Below are positions 1 to 15,000 of a stretch of DNA of 64,000 nucleotides, piece after piece (within the stretch, counting starts at the first letter, position 1; every line of letters starts with the position of its first letter). Under the pieces are notes generated by a model. That model was not told the DNA's origin and did no database searches. It saw only the letters and a list, made by a program, of their open reading frames with translations. Origin of the DNA: Eledone cirrhosa (lineage: Eukaryota); assembly GCA_964016885.1 (NCBI GenBank), contig OZ024740.1, positions 176,514,001-176,578,000 of the forward strand, written 5' to 3'. The position numbers were made by a program, and so were the translations under genes.

Positions 1-3000
1 CAGTGTTAGTTTTGATGTTAGTAGTAGTTATGATAGTGTTAGTGTTGATGTTAGTAGTAGTTATGATAGTGTTAGTGTTGATGTTAGTAGTGGTTATGAC
101 AGTGTTAGTTTTGATGTTAGTAGTAGTTATGACAGTGTCAGTGTTGGTGTTAGTAGTGGTAGTGGCAGTGTTGATGTAGTAGTGGTAGTGACAGTGTGAG
201 TGTTGATGTTAGTAGTGGTTATGACAGCGTTAGTGTTGATGTTAGTTGTGGTTATGACAGTGTTGGTTTTGATGTTAGTAGTGGTTATGGCAGTGTCAGT
301 GTTGGTGTTAGTAGTGGTTATGATAGTGTTAGTGTTGATGTTAGTAGTGGTACTGACAGTGTTAGTGTTGATGTTAGTAGTGGTTATGACAGTTTTAATG
401 TTGATGTTAGTAGTGGTTATGACAGCGTTAGTGTTGATGTTAGTAGTGGTTATGACAGTGTTAGTGTTGATGTTAGTAGTGGTTATGACAGTGTTAGTGT
501 TGGTGTTAGTAGTGGTTATGACAGTGTTAGTGTTGGTGTTAGTAGTGGTTATGACAGTGTTAGTGTTGATGTTAGTAGTGGTTATGACAGTGTTAGTGTT
601 GATGTTAGTAGTGGTTATGACAGTGTTAGTGTTGGTGTTAGTAGTGGTTATGACAGTGTTATTGTTGGTGTTAGTAGTGGTTATGACAGTGTTAGTGTTG
701 ATGTTAGTAGTGTTTATGACAGTGTTAGTGTTGATGTTAGTAGTGGTTATGACAGTGTTAGTGTTGATGTTAGTAGTGGTTATGGCAGTGTTAGTGTTGA
801 TGTTAGTAGTGGTTATGACAGTGTTAGTGTTGATGTTAGTAGTGGTTATGACAGTGTTAGTGTTGATGTTACTTGTGGTTATGACAGTGTTAGTGTTGAT
901 GTTAGTAGTGGTTATGACAGTCGTAGTGTTGATGTTAGTAGTGGTTATGACAGTGTTAGTGTTGATGGTAGTAATGGCTATGACAGTGTTAGTGTTGATG
1001 TTAGTAGTGGTTATGACAGTGTTAGTGTTGATGTTATTAGTGGTTATCACAGTGTTAGTGTTGATGTTAGTAGTGGTTATGACAGTGTTAATGTTGATGT
1101 TAGTAGTGCTTATGACAGTGTTAGTGTTGATGTTAGTAGTGGCTATGACAGTCGTAGTGTTGATGTTAGTAGTGGTTATGGCAGTGTTAGTGTTGATGTT
1201 AGTAGTGGTTATGACAGTGTTAATGTTGATGTTAGTAGTGGTTATGACAGTGTTAGTGTTGATGTTAGTAGTGGTTATGACAGTGTCAGTGTTGATGTTA
1301 GTAGTGGTTATGACATGTCTTAGTATTGATGTTAGTAGTGGTTATGACAGTGTTAGTGTTGATGTTAGTAGTGGATATGACAGTGTTAGTGTTGATGTTA
1401 GTATTGGTTATGACAGTGTCAGTGTTGATGTTAGTAGTGGTTATGATAGTGTTAGTGTTGATGTTAGTAGTGGTTATGACAGTGTTAGTGTTGATGTTAG
1501 TAGTGGTTATGACAGTGTCAGTGTTGATGTTAGTAGTGGTTATGACATGTGTTAGTGTTGATGTTAGTTGTGGTTATGACAGTGTTAGTGTTGATGTTAG
1601 TAGTGGATATGACAGTGTTAGTGTTGATGTTAGTAGTGGATATGACAGTGTTAGTGTTGATGTTAGTAGTGGCTATGACAGTCGTAGTGTTGATGTTAGT
1701 AGTGGTTATGGCAGTGTTAGTGTTGATGTTAGTAGTGGTCATGACAGTGTTAATGTTGATGGTAGTAGTGGTTATGACATGTGTTAGTGTTGATGTTAGT
1801 AGTGGTTATGACAGTGTTAGTGTTGATGTTAGTTGTGGTTATGACAGTGTTAGTGTTGATGTTAGTAGTGGATATGACAGTGTCAGTGTTGATGTTAGTA
1901 GTGGTTATGACATGTGTTAGTGTTGATGTTAGTAGTGGTTATGACAGTGTTAGTGTTGATGTTAGTTGTGGTTATGACAGTGTTAGTTTTGATGTTAGTA
2001 GTGGTTATGACAGTGTCAGTGTTGGTGTTAGTAGTGGTTATGACAGTGTTAGTGTTGATGTTAGTAGTGGTACTGACAGTGTTAGTGTTGATGTTAGTAG
2101 TGGGTATGACAGTGTTAGTGTTGTTGTTAGTAGTGGTTATGGCAGTGTTGATGTAGTAGTGGTAGTGACAGTGTGAGTGTTGATGTTAGTAGTGGTTATG
2201 ACAGTGTTAGTGTTGATGTTAGTTGTGGTTATGACAGTGTTAGTTTTGATGTTAGTAGTGGTTATGGCAGTGTCAGTGTTGGTGTTAGTAGTGGTTATGA
2301 TAGTGTTAGTGTTGATGTTAGTAGTGGTACTGACAGTGTTAGTGTTGATGTTAGTAGTGGTTATGACAGTGTTAGTGTTGTTGTTAGTAGTGGTAGTGGC
2401 AGTGTTGTTGTAGTAGTGGTAGTGACAGTGTGAGTGTTGATGTTAGTAGTGGTTATGACAGCGTTAGTGTTGATGTTAGTAGTGGCTATGACAGTCGTAG
2501 TCTTGATGTTAGTAGTGGTTATGGCAGTGTTAGTGTTGATGTTAGTAGTGGTTATGACAGTGTTAATGTTGATGTTAGTAGTGGTTATGACAGTGTTAGT
2601 GTTGATGTTAGTAGTGGTTATGACAGTGTTAGTGTTGATGTTAGTTGTGGTTATGACAGTGTTAGTTTTGATGTTAGTAGTGGTTATGACAGTGTCAGTG
2701 TTGGTGTTAGTAGTGGTTATGACAGTGTTAGTGTTGATGTTAGTAGTGGTACTGACAGTGTTAGTGTTGATGTTAGTAGTGGTTATGACAGTGTTAGTGT
2801 TGTTGTTAGTAGTGGTAGTGGCAGTGTTGATGTAGTAGTGGTAGTGACAGTGTGAGTGTTGATGTTAGTAGTGGTTATGACAGCGTTAGTGTTGATGTTA
2901 GTAGTGGTTATGACAGTGTTAGTGTTGATGTTAGTAGTGGTTATGACAGTGTTAGTGTTGGTGTTAGTAGTGGTTATGACAGTGTTAGTGTTGGTGTTAG

Positions 3001-6000
3001 TAGTGGTTATGACAGTGTTAGTGTTGATGTTAGTAGTGGTTATGACAGTGTTAGTGTTGATGTTAGTAGTGGTTATGACAGTGTTAGTGTTGATGTTAGT
3101 AGTGGTTATGGCAGTGTTAGTGTTGATGTTAGTAGTGGTTATGACAGTGTTAGTGTTGATGTTAGTAGTGGTTATGACAGTGTTAGTGTTGATGTTACTT
3201 GTGGTTATGACAGTGTTAGTGTTGATGTTAGTAGTGGTTATGACAGTCGTAGTGTTGATGTTAGTAGTGGTTATGACAGTGTTAGTGTTGATGGTAGTAA
3301 TGGCTATGACAGTGTTAGTGTTGATGTTAGTAGTGGTTATGACAGTGTTAGTGTTGATGTTATTAGTGGTTATCACAGTGTTAGTGTTGATGTTAGTAGT
3401 GGTTTTGACAGTGTTAATGTTGATGTTAGTAGTGCTTATGACAGTGTTAGTGTTGATGTTAGTAGTGGTTATGACAGTGTCAGTGTTGATGTTAGTAGTG
3501 GTTATGACATGTGTTAGTGTTGATGTTAGTAGTGGTTATGACAGTGTTAGTGTTGATGTTAGTAGTGGATATGACAGTGTTAGTGTTGATGTTAGTAGTG
3601 GTTATGACAGTGTTAGTGTTGATGTTAGTTGTGGTTATGACAGTGTTAGTTTTGATGTTAGTAGTGGTTATGACAGTGTCAGTGTTGGTGTTAGTAGTGG
3701 TTATGACAGTGTTATTGTTGATGTTAGTTGTGGTTATGACAGTGTTAGTGTTGTTGTTAGTAGTGGTTATGGCAGTGTTGATGTAGTAGTGGTAGTGACA
3801 GTGTGAGTGTTGATGTTAGTAGTGGTTATGACAGTGTTAGTGTTGATGTTAGTTGTGGTTATGACAGTGTTAGTTTTGATGTTAGTAGTGGTTATGACAG
3901 TGTCAGTGTTGGTGTTAGTAGTGGTTATGACAGTGTTAGTGTTGATGTTAGTAGTGGTACTGACAGTGTTAGTGTTGATGTTAGTAGTGGTTATGACAGT
4001 GTTAGTGTTGTTGTTAGTAGTGGTAGTGGCAGTGTTGATGTAGTAGTGGTAGTGACAGTGTGAGTGTTGATGTTAGTAGTGGTTATGACAGTGTTAGTGT
4101 TGATGTTAGTAGTGGTACTGACAGTGTTAGTGTTGATGTTAGTAGTGTTTATGACAGTGTTAGTGTTGTTGTTAGTAGTGGTAGTGGCAGTGTTGATGTA
4201 GTAGTGGTAGTGACAGTGTGAGTGTTGATGTTAGTAGTCGTTATGACAGTGTTAGTGTTGATGTTAGTAGTGGTAGTGACAGTGTTAGTGTTGATGTTAG
4301 TAGTGGTTATGACAGTGTTAGTGTTGATGTTAGTAGTGGTTATGACAGTGTTAGTGTTGATGTTAGTAGTGGTAGTGACAGTGTGAGTGTTGATGTTAGT
4401 AGTGGTTATGACAGTGTCAGTGTTGATGTTAGTAGTGGTTATGACATGTCTTAGTGTTGATGTTAGTAGTGGTTATGACAGTTTTAATGTTGATGTTAGT
4501 AGTGGTTATGACAGTGTTAGTGTTGATGTTAGTAGTGATTATGACAGTGTTAGTGTTGATGTTAGTAGTGGTTATGACAGTGTTAGTGTTGATGTTAGTA
4601 GTGGTTATGACAGTGTCAGTGTTGATGTTAGTAGTGGTAGTGACAGTGTTAGTGTTGATGTTAGTAGTGGTTATGACAGTGTCAGTGTTGATGTTAGTAG
4701 TCGTTATGACAGTGTTAGTGTTGATGTTAGTAGTGGTTATGACAGTTTTAATGTTGATGTTAGTAGTGGTTATGACAGTGTTAGTGTTGATGTTAGTAGT
4801 GATTATGACAGTGTTAGTGTTGATGTTAGTAGTGGTTATGACAGTGTTAGTGTTGATGTTAGTAGTGGTTATGACAGTGTCAGTGTTGATGTTAGTAGTG
4901 GTTATGACATGTCTTAGTGTTGATGTTAGTAGTGGTTATGACAGTTTTAATGTTGATGTTAGTAGTGGTTATGACAGTGTTAGTGTTGATGTTAGTAGTG
5001 ATTATGACAGTGTTAGTGTTGATGTTAGTAGTGGTTATGACAGTTTTAGTGTTGATGTTAGTAGTGGTTATGACAGTGTTAGTGTTGATGTTAGTAGTGG
5101 TTATGACAGTTTTAGTGTTGATGTTAGTAGTGGTTATGACAGTGTTAGTATTGATGTTAGTAGAGGTTATGACAGTGTTAGTGTTGATGTTAGTAGTGGT
5201 TATGAGAGTGTTTAGTGTTGATGTTAGTAGTTGTTATGACATTGTCAGTGTTGATGTTAGTAGTTGTTATGACAGTGTTAGTGTTGATATTAGTAGTGGT
5301 TATAACAGTGTTAGTGTTTATGTTAGTAGTGGTTATGACAGTGATAGAGTTGATGTTAGTAGTGGTTATGACAGTGTTAGTGTTGATGTTAGTAGTGGTA
5401 CTGACAGTGTTAGTGTTGATGTTAGTTGTGGTTATGACAGTGTTAGTGTTGTTGTTAGTAGTGGTAGTGGCAGTGTTGATGTAGTAGTGATAGTAACAGT
5501 GTTAGTGTTGATGTTAGTAGTCGTTATGACAGTGTTAGTGTTGATGTTAGTAGTGGTTATGACAGTGTTAGTATTGATGTTAGTAGAGGTTATGACAGTG
5601 TTAGTGTTGATGTTAGTAGTGGTTATGAGAGTGTTTAGTGTTGATGTTAGTAGTTGTTATGACATTGTCAGTGTTGATGTTAGTAGTTGTTATGACAGTG
5701 TTAGTGTTGATATTAGTAGTGGTTATAACAGTGTTAGTGTTTATGTTAGTAGTGGTTATGACAGTGATAGAGTTGATGTTAGTAGTGGTTATGACAGTGT
5801 TAGTGTTGATGTTAGTAGTGGTACTGACAGTGTTAGTGTTGATATTAGTTGTGGTTATGACAGTGTTAGTGTTGTTGTTAGTAGTGGTAGTGGCAGTGTT
5901 GATGTAGTAGTGATAGTAACAGTGTTAGTGTTGATGTTAGTAGTCGTTATGACAGTGTTAGTATTGTTGTTAGTAGTGGTAGTGGCAGTGTTGATGTTAA

Positions 6001-9000
6001 TAGTGGTTATGACAGTGTTAGTGTTGATGTTAATAGTGGTAGTGGCAGTGTTGATGTTAGTAGTGGTAGTGACAGTGATAGTGTTGATGTTAGTAGTGGT
6101 AGTGACAGTGATAGTGTTGATGTTAGTAATGGTTATGACAGTGTTAGTGTTGATGTTAGTAGTGGTTATGACAGTGTTAGTGTTGATGTTAGTAGTGGTA
6201 GTGACAGTGATAGTGTTGATGTTAGTAGTGGTTATGACAGTGTTAGTGTTGATGTTAGTAGTGGTTATAACAGTGTTAGTGTTGATGTTAGTAGTGGTTA
6301 TGACAGTGTTAGTGTTGATGTTAGTAGTGGTACTGACAGTGTTAGTGTTGATGTTAGTAGTGGTTATGACAGTGTTAGTATTGTTGTTAGTAGTGGTAGT
6401 GGCAGTGTTGATGTAGTAGTGATAGTAACAGTGTTAGTGTTGATGTTAGTAGTCGTTATGACAGTGTTAGTGTTGTTGTTAGTAGTGGCAGTGGCAGTGT
6501 TGATATTTAATAGTGGTTATGACAGTGTTAGTGTTGATGTTAATAGTGGTAGTGGCAGTGTTGATGTAGTAGTAGTAGTCACAGTGTTAGTGTTGATGTT
6601 AGTAGTGGCTATGACAGTGTTAGTGTTTATATTAATAGTGCTAGTGGCAGTGTTGATGTTAGTAGTGGTTATGACAGTGTTAGTGTTGATGTTAATAGTG
6701 GTAGTGGCAGTGTTGATGTTAGTAGTGACTATGACAGTGTTAGTGTTGATGTTAGTAGTGGCTATGACAGTGTTAGTGTTGATGTTAGTAGTGGTTATGA
6801 CAGTGTTAGTGTTGATGTTAGTAGTGGTTATGACAGTGTTCTTGTTGAAGTTAGTAGTGGTTATGACAGTGTTAGTGTTGAAGTTAGTAGTGGTTATGAG
6901 TGTTAGTGTTGATGTTAGTAGTGGTTATGACAGTGTTAGTGTTGATGTTAGTAGTGGTTATGACAGTGTTAGTGTTGATGTTAGAAGTGGTTATGAGAGT
7001 GTTAGTGTTGATGGTAGTAGTGGTTATGACAGTGTTAGTGTTGGTGTTAGTAGTGGTTATGACAGTGTTAGTGTTGATGTTAGTAGTGGTTATGAGAGTG
7101 TTAGTGTTGAAGTTAGTAGTGGTTATGAGAGTGTTAGTGTTGATGGTAGTAGTGGTTATGACAGTGTTAGTGTTGGTGTTAGTAGTGGTTATGACAGTGT
7201 TAGTGTTGATGTTAGTAGTGGTTATGACAGTTTTAGTGTTGATGTTAGTAGTGGTTATGACAGTGTTAGTGTTGAAGTTAGTAGTGGTTATGAGAGTGTT
7301 AGTGTTGATGGTAGTAGTGGTTATGACAGTGTTAGTGTTGGTGTTAGTAGTGGTTATGACAGTGTTAGTGTTGATGTTAGTAGTGGTTATGACAGTTTTA
7401 GTGTTGATGTTAGTAGTGGTTATGACAGTGTTAGTCTTGATGTTAGTAGTGGTTATGACAGTGTTAGTGTTGATGTTAGTAGTGGTTATGACAGTGTTAG
7501 TGTTTATGTTAGTAGTGGTTATGACAGTGTTAGTGTTGATGTTAGTAGTGGTTATGAGAGTGTTAGTGTTGATGGTAGTAGTGGTTATGACAGTGTTAGT
7601 GTTGGTGTTAGTAGTGGTTATGACAGTGTTAGTGTTGATGTTAGTAGTGGTTATGACAGTGTTATTGTTGAAGTTAGTAGTGGTTATGATAGTGTTAGTG
7701 TTGATGTTAGTAGTGGCTATGACAGTGTTAGTGTTGATGTTAGTAGTGGTTATGACAGTGTCAGTGTTGGTGTTAGTAGTGGTAGTGACAGTGTTAGTGT
7801 TGACGTTAGTAGTGGTTATGACAGTGTTAGTGTTGATGTTAGTAGTGGTTATGAGAGTGTTAGTGTTGATGTTAGTAGTGGTTATGACAGTGTCAGTGTT
7901 GATGTTAGTAGTGGTTATGACAGTGTTAGTGTTGATGTTAGTAGTGGTTATGACAGTGTTAGTGTTGGTGTTAGTAGTAGCTATGACAGTGTTAGTGTTG
8001 ATGTTAGTAGTGGTTATGACATTCTTAGTGTTGGTGTTAGTAGTGGTTATGACAGTGTTAGTGTTGATGTCAGTAGTGGTTATGACAGTGTTAGTGTTGA
8101 TGTTAGTAGTGGTTATGACAGTCTTAGTGTTGATGTTAGTAGTGGTTATGACAGTGTTAGTGTTGATGTTAGTAGTGGTTATGACAGTGTTAGTGTTGAT
8201 GTTAGTTGTGGTTATGGCAGTGTTAGTGTTGATGGTAGTAGTGGTTATGACAGTGTTAGTGTTGGTGTTAGTAGTGGTTATGACAGTGTTAGTGTTGATG
8301 TTAGTAGTGGTTATGACAGTGTTAGTGTTGATGTTAGTAGTGGTTATGACAGTGTTAGTGTTGATGTTAGTTGTGGTTATGACAGTGTTAGTGTTGATGT
8401 TAGTAGTGGTTGTGGCAGTGTTAGTGTTGATGGTAGTAGTGGTTATGACAGTGTTAGTGTTGATGTTAGTAGTGTTTATGACAGTGTTAGTGTTGATGTT
8501 AGTAGTGGTTATGACAGTGTTAGTGTTGACGTTAGTAGTGGTTATGACAGTTTTAGTGTTAATGTTAGAAGTGGTTACGACAGTGTTAGTGTTGATGTTA
8601 GTAGTGTTTATGACAGTTATAGTGTTGATGTTAGTAGTGGTTATGACAGTGTTAGTGTTGATGTTAGTAGTGGTTATGACAGTGTTAGTGTTGATGTTAG
8701 TTGTGGTTATGACAGTGTTAGTGTTGATGATAGTTGTGGTTATGACAGTGTTAGTGTTGATGGTAGTAGTGGTTATGACAATGTTAGTGTTGATGTTAGT
8801 AGTGGTTATGACAGTGTTAGTGTTGATGTTAGTAGTGGTTATGACAGTGTTAGTGTTGATGTTAGTAGTGGTTATGGCAGTTTTAGTGTTGATGTTAGTA
8901 GTGGTTATGACAGCGTTAGTGTTGATGTTAGTAGTGGTTATGACAGTGTTAGTGTTGATGTTACTTGTGGTTATGACAGTATTAGTGTTGATGTTAGTAG

Positions 9001-12000
9001 TGGTTATGACAGTGTTAGTGTTGATGTTACTTGTGGTTGTGACAGTGTTAGTGTTGATGTTAGAAGTGGTTATGACAGTGTTAGTGTTGATGTTAGTAGT
9101 GGTTATGACAGTGTTAGTGTTGATGTTAGTAGTGGTTATGACAGTGTTAGTGTTGATGTTAGTAGTGGTTATGACAGTGTTAGTGTTGATGTTAGTAGTG
9201 GTTATGACAGTGTTAGTGTTGATGTTAGTAGTGGTTATGACATTGTTAGTGTTGATGTTACTTGTGCTTATGACAGTGTTAGTGTTGATGTTAGAAGTGG
9301 TTATGACAGTGTTAGTGTTGATGTTAGAAGTGGTTATGACAGTTTTAGTGTTGATGTTAGTAGTGGTTATGACAGTGTTAGTGTTGATGTTAGTAGTGGT
9401 TATGACAGTGTTAGTGTTGATGTTAGTAGTGGTTATGACAGTGTTAGTGTTGATGTTAGTAGTGGTTATGACAGTGTTAGTGTTGATGTTAGTAGTGGTT
9501 ATGACAGTGTTAGCGTTGATGTTACTTGTGGTTATGACAGTGTTAGTGTTGATGTTAGAAGGGTTATGACAGTGTTAGTGTTGATGTTAGTAGTGGTTAT
9601 GGCAGTGTTAGTGTTGATGTTAGTAGTGGTTATGACAGTGTTAGTGTTGATGTTAGTAGTGGTTATGGCAGTGTTAGTGTTGATGTTAGTAGTGGTTATG
9701 ACAGTGTTAGTGTTGATGTTAGTAGTGGTTATGACAGTGTTAGTGTTGATGTTAGTAGTGGTTATGACAGTGTTAGTGTTGATGTTAGTAGTGGTTATGA
9801 CAGTGTTAGTGTTGATGTTAGTAGTGGTTATGACAGTGTTAGTGTTGATGTTACTTGTGGTTATGACAGTGTTAGTGTTGATGTTAGAAGTGGTTATGAC
9901 AGTGTTAGTGTTGATGTTAGTAGTGGTTATGACAGTTTTAGTGTTGATGTTAGTAGTGGTTATGACAGTGTTAGTGTTGATGTTAGTAGTGGTTATGACA
10001 GTGTTAGTGTTGATGTTAGTAGTGGTTATGACAGTGTTAGTGTTGATGTTACTTGTGGTTATGACAGTGTTAGTGTTGATGTTAGTAGTGGTTATGACAG
10101 TGTTAGTGTTGATGTTAGTAGTGGTTATGACAGTGTTAGTGTTGATGTTAGTAGTGTTTATGACAGTGTTAGTGTTGATGTTACTTGTGGTTATGACAGT
10201 GTTAGTGTTGATGTTAGAAGTGGTTATGACAGTGTTAGTTTTGATGTTAGTTGTGGTTATGACAGTTTTAGTGTTGATGTTAGTAGTGGTTATGACAGTG
10301 TTAGTGTTGATGTTAGTAGTGGTTATGATAGTGTTAGTGTTGATGTTACTTGTGGTTATGACAATGTTAGTGTTGATGTTAGTAGAGGGTTATGACAGTG
10401 TTAGTGTTGATGTTAGTAGTGGTTATGACAGTTTTAGTGTTGATGTTAGTAGTGTTTATGACAGTGTTAGTGTTGATGTTAGTAGTGGTTATGACAGTGT
10501 TAGTGTTGATGTTACTTGTGGTTATGACAGTGTTAGTGTTGATGTTAGTAGTGGTTATGACAGTGTTAGTGTTGATGTTAGAAGTGGCTATGACAGTGTT
10601 AGTGTTGATGTTAGTAGTGGTTATGACAGTGTTAGTGTTGATGTTAGTAGTGGCTATGACAGTGTTAGTGTTGATGTTAGTAGTGGCTATGACAGTGTTA
10701 GTATTGATGTTAGTTGTGGTTATGACAGTGTTAGTGTTGATGTTAGCAGTGGTTATGACAGTGTTAGTGTTGATGTTAGTAGTGGTTATGACAGTGTTAG
10801 TGTTGGTGTTAGTAGTGGTTATGACAGTGTTAGTGTTGATGTTAGTTGTGATTATGACAGTGTTAGTGTTGATGGTAGTAGTGGTTATGACAGTGTTAGT
10901 GTTGGTGTTAGTAGTGGTTATGACAGTGTTAGTGTTGGTGTTAGTAGTGGTTATGACAATGTTAGTGTTGATGTTAGTAGTGGTTATGACAGTGTTAGTG
11001 TTGATGTTAGTAGTGGTTATGACAGTGTTAGTGTTGATGTTAGTAGTGGTTATCACAGTGTTAGTGTTTATGTTAGTAATGGCTATGACAGTGTTAGTGT
11101 TGATGTTAGTAGTGGTTATGACAGTGTTAGTGTTGATGTTAGTAGTGGTTATGACAGTGTTAGTGTTGATGTTAGTAGTGGTTATGACAGTGTTAGTGTT
11201 GATGTTAGTTGTGGTTATGACAGTTTTAGTGTTGATGTTAGTAGTGGTTATGACAGTGTTAGTGTTGATGTTAGTAGTGGTTATGACAGTGTTAGTGTTT
11301 ATGTTAGTAATGGCTATGACAGTGTTAGTGTTGATGTTAGTAGTGGTTATGACAGTGTTAGTGTTGATGTTATTAGTGGTTATCACAGTGTTAGTGTTGA
11401 TGTTAGTAGTGGTTATGACAGTGTTAGTGTTGATGTTAGTAGTGGTTATGACAGTGTCAGTGTTGGTGTTAGTAGTGGTTATGACAGTGTTAGTGTTGAT
11501 GTTAGTAGTGGTTATGGCAGTGTTAGTGTTGATGTAAGTAGTGGTTATGACAGTATTAGTGTTGGTGTTAATAGTGGCTATGACAGTGTTAGTGTTGATG
11601 TTAGTAGTGGTTATGACAGTGTCAGTGTTCGTGTTAGTAGTGGTTATGACAGTGTTAGTGTTGATATTAGTAGTGGTTATGACAGTGTTAGTGTTGATGT
11701 TAGTAGTGGTTATGACAGTGTTAGTGTTGGTGTTAGTAGTGGTTATGACAGTGTTAGTGTTGATGTTAGTAGTGGTTATGACAGTGTCAGTGTTGGTGTT
11801 AGTAGTGGTTATGACAGTGTTAGTGTTGATGGTAGTAGTGGTACTGACAGTGTTAGTGTTGGTGTTAGTAGTGGTTACGACAGTGTTAGTGTTGATGTTA
11901 GTAGTGGTTATGACAGTGTCAGTGTTGGTGTTAGTAGTGGTTATGACAGTGTTAGTGTTGATGTTAGTAGTGGTTATGACAGTGTTAGTGTTGACGTTAG

Positions 12001-15000
12001 TAGTGGTTATGACAGTTTTAGTGTTAATGTTAGAAGTGGTTACGACAGTGTTAGTGTTGATGTTAGTAGTGTTTATGACAGTTATAGTGTTGATGTTAGT
12101 AGTGGTTATGACAGTGTTAGTGTTGATGTTAGTAGTGGTTATGACAGTGTTAGTGTTGATGTTAGTTGTGGTTATGACAGTGTTAGTGTTGATGATAGTT
12201 GTGGTTATGACAGTGTTAGTGTTGATGGTAGTAGTGGTTATGACAATGTTAGTGTTGATGTTAGTAGTGGTTATGACAGTGTTAGTGTTGATGTTAGTAG
12301 TGGTTATGACAGTGTTAGTGTTGATGTTAGTAGTGGTTATGGCAGTTTTAGTGTTGATGTTAGTAGTGGTTATGACAGCGTTAGTGTTGATGTTAGTAGT
12401 GGTTATGACAGTGTTAGTGTTGATGTTACTTGTGGTTATGACAGTATTAGTGTTGATGTTAGTAGTGGTTATGACAGTGTTAGTGTTGATGTTACTTGTG
12501 GTTGTGACAGTGTTAGTGTTGATGTTAGAAGTGGTTATGACAGTGTTAGTGTTGATGTTAGTAGTGGTTATGACAGTGTTAGTGTTGATGTTAGTAGTGG
12601 TTATGACAGTGTTAGTGTTGATGTTAGTAGTGGTTATGACAGTGTTAGTGTTGATGTTAGTAGTGGTTATGACAGTGTTAGTGTTGATGTTAGTAGTGGT
12701 TATGACATTGTTAGTGTTGATGTTACTTGTGCTTATGACAGTGTTAGTGTTGATGTTAGAAGTGGTTATGACAGTGTTAGTGTTGATGTTAGAAGTGGTT
12801 ATGACAGTTTTAGTGTTGATGTTAGTAGTGGTTATGACAGTGTTAGTGTTGATGTTAGTAGTGGTTATGACAGTGTTAGTGTTGATGTTAGTAGTGGTTA
12901 TGACAGTGTTAGTGTTGATGTTAGTAGTGGTTATGACAGTGTTAGTGTTGATGTTAGTAGTGGTTATGACAGTGTTAGTGTTGATGTTACTTGTGGTTAT
13001 GACAGTGTTAGTGTTGATGTTAGAAGGGTTATGACAGTGTTAGTGTTGATGTTAGTAGTGGTTATGGCAGTGTTAGTGTTGATGTTAGTAGTGGTTATGG
13101 CAGTGTTAGTGTTGATGTTAGTAGTGGTTATGACAGTGTTAGTGTTGATGTTAGTAGTGGTTATGACAGTGTTAGTGTTGATGTTAGTAGTGGTTATGAC
13201 AGTGTTAGTGTTGATGTTAGTAGTGGTTATGACAGTGTTAGTGTTGATGTTAGTAGTGGTTATGACAGTGTTAGTGTTGATGTTACTTGTGGTTATGACA
13301 GTGTTAGTGTTGATGTTAGAAGTGGTTATGACAGTGTTAGTGTTGATGTTAGTAGTGGTTATGACAGTTTTAGTGTTGATGTTAGTAGTGGTTATGACAG
13401 TGTTAGTGTTGATGTTAGTAGTGGTTATGACAGTGTTAGTGTTGATGTTAGTAGTGGTTATGACAGTGTTAGTGTTGATGTTACTTGTGGTTATAACAGT
13501 GTTAGTGTTGATGTTAGTAGTGGTTATGACAGTGTTAGTGTTGATGTTAGTAGTGGTTATGACAGTGTTAGTGTTGATGTTAGTAGTGTTTATGACAGTG
13601 TTAGTGTTGATGTTACTTGTGGTTATGACAGTGTTAGTGTTGATGTTAGAAGTGGTTATGACAGTGTTAGTTTTGATGTTAGTTGTGGTTATGACAGTTT
13701 TAGTGTTGATGTTAGTAGTGGTTATGACAGTGTTAGTGTTGATGTTAGTAGTGGTTATGATAGTGTTAGTGTTGATGTTACTTGTGGTTATGACAATGTT
13801 AGTGTTGATGTTAGTAGTGGTTATGACAGTGTTAGTGTTGATGTTAGTAGTGGTTATGACAGTTTTAGTGTTGATGTTAGTAGTGTTTATGACAGTGTTA
13901 GTGTTGATGTTAGTAGTGGTTATGACAGTGTTAGTGTTGATGTTACTTGTGGTTATGACAGTGTTAGTGTTGATGTTAGTAGTGGTTATGACAGTGTTAG
14001 TGTTGATGTTAGAAGTGGCTATGACAGTGTTAGTGTTGATGTTAGTAGTGGTTATGACAGTGTTAGTGTTGATGTTAGTAGTGGCTATGACAGTGTTAGT
14101 GTTGATGTTAGTAGTGGCTATGACAGTGTTAGTATTGATGTTAGTTGTGGTTATGACAGTGTTAGTGTTGATGTTAGCAGTGGTTATGACAGTGTTAGTG
14201 TTGATGTTAGTAGTGGTTATGACAGTGTTAGTGTTGGTGTTAGTAGTGGTTATGACAGTGTTAGCGTTGATGTTAGTTGTGATTATGACAGTGTTAGTGT
14301 TGATGGTAGTAGTGGTTATGACAGTGTTAGTGTTGGTGTTAGTAGTGGTTATGACAGTGTTAGTGTTGGTGTTAGTAGTGGTTATGACAGTGTTAGTGTT
14401 GATGTTAGTAGTGGTTTTGACAGTGTTAGTGTTGATGTTAGTAGTGGTTATGACAGTGTTAGTGTTGATGTTAGTAGTGGTTATGACAGTGTTAGTGTTG
14501 ATGTTAGTAGTGGTTATCACAGTGTTAGTGTTTATGTTAGTAATGGCTATGACAGTGTTAGTGTTGATGTTAGTAGTGGTTATGACAGTGTTAGTGTTGA
14601 TGTTAGTAGTGGTTATGACAGTGTTAGTGTTGATGTTAGTAGTGGTTATGACAGTGTTAGTGTTGATGTTAGTTGTGGTTATGACAGTTTTAGTGTTGAT
14701 GTTAGTAGTGGTTATGACAGTGTTAGTGTTGATGTTGGTAGTGGTTATGACAGTGTTAGTGTTTATGTTAGTAATGGCTATGACAGTGTTAGTGTTGATG
14801 TTAGTAGTGGTTATGACAGTGTTAGTGTTGATGTTATTAGTGGTTATCACAGTGTTAGTGTTTATGTTAGTAGTGGTTATGACAGTGTTAGTGTTGATGT
14901 TAGTAGTGGTTATGACAGTGTCAGTGTTGGTGTTAGTAGTGGTTATGACAGTGTTAGTGTTGATGTTAGTAGTGGTTATGGCAGTGTTAGTGTTGATGTA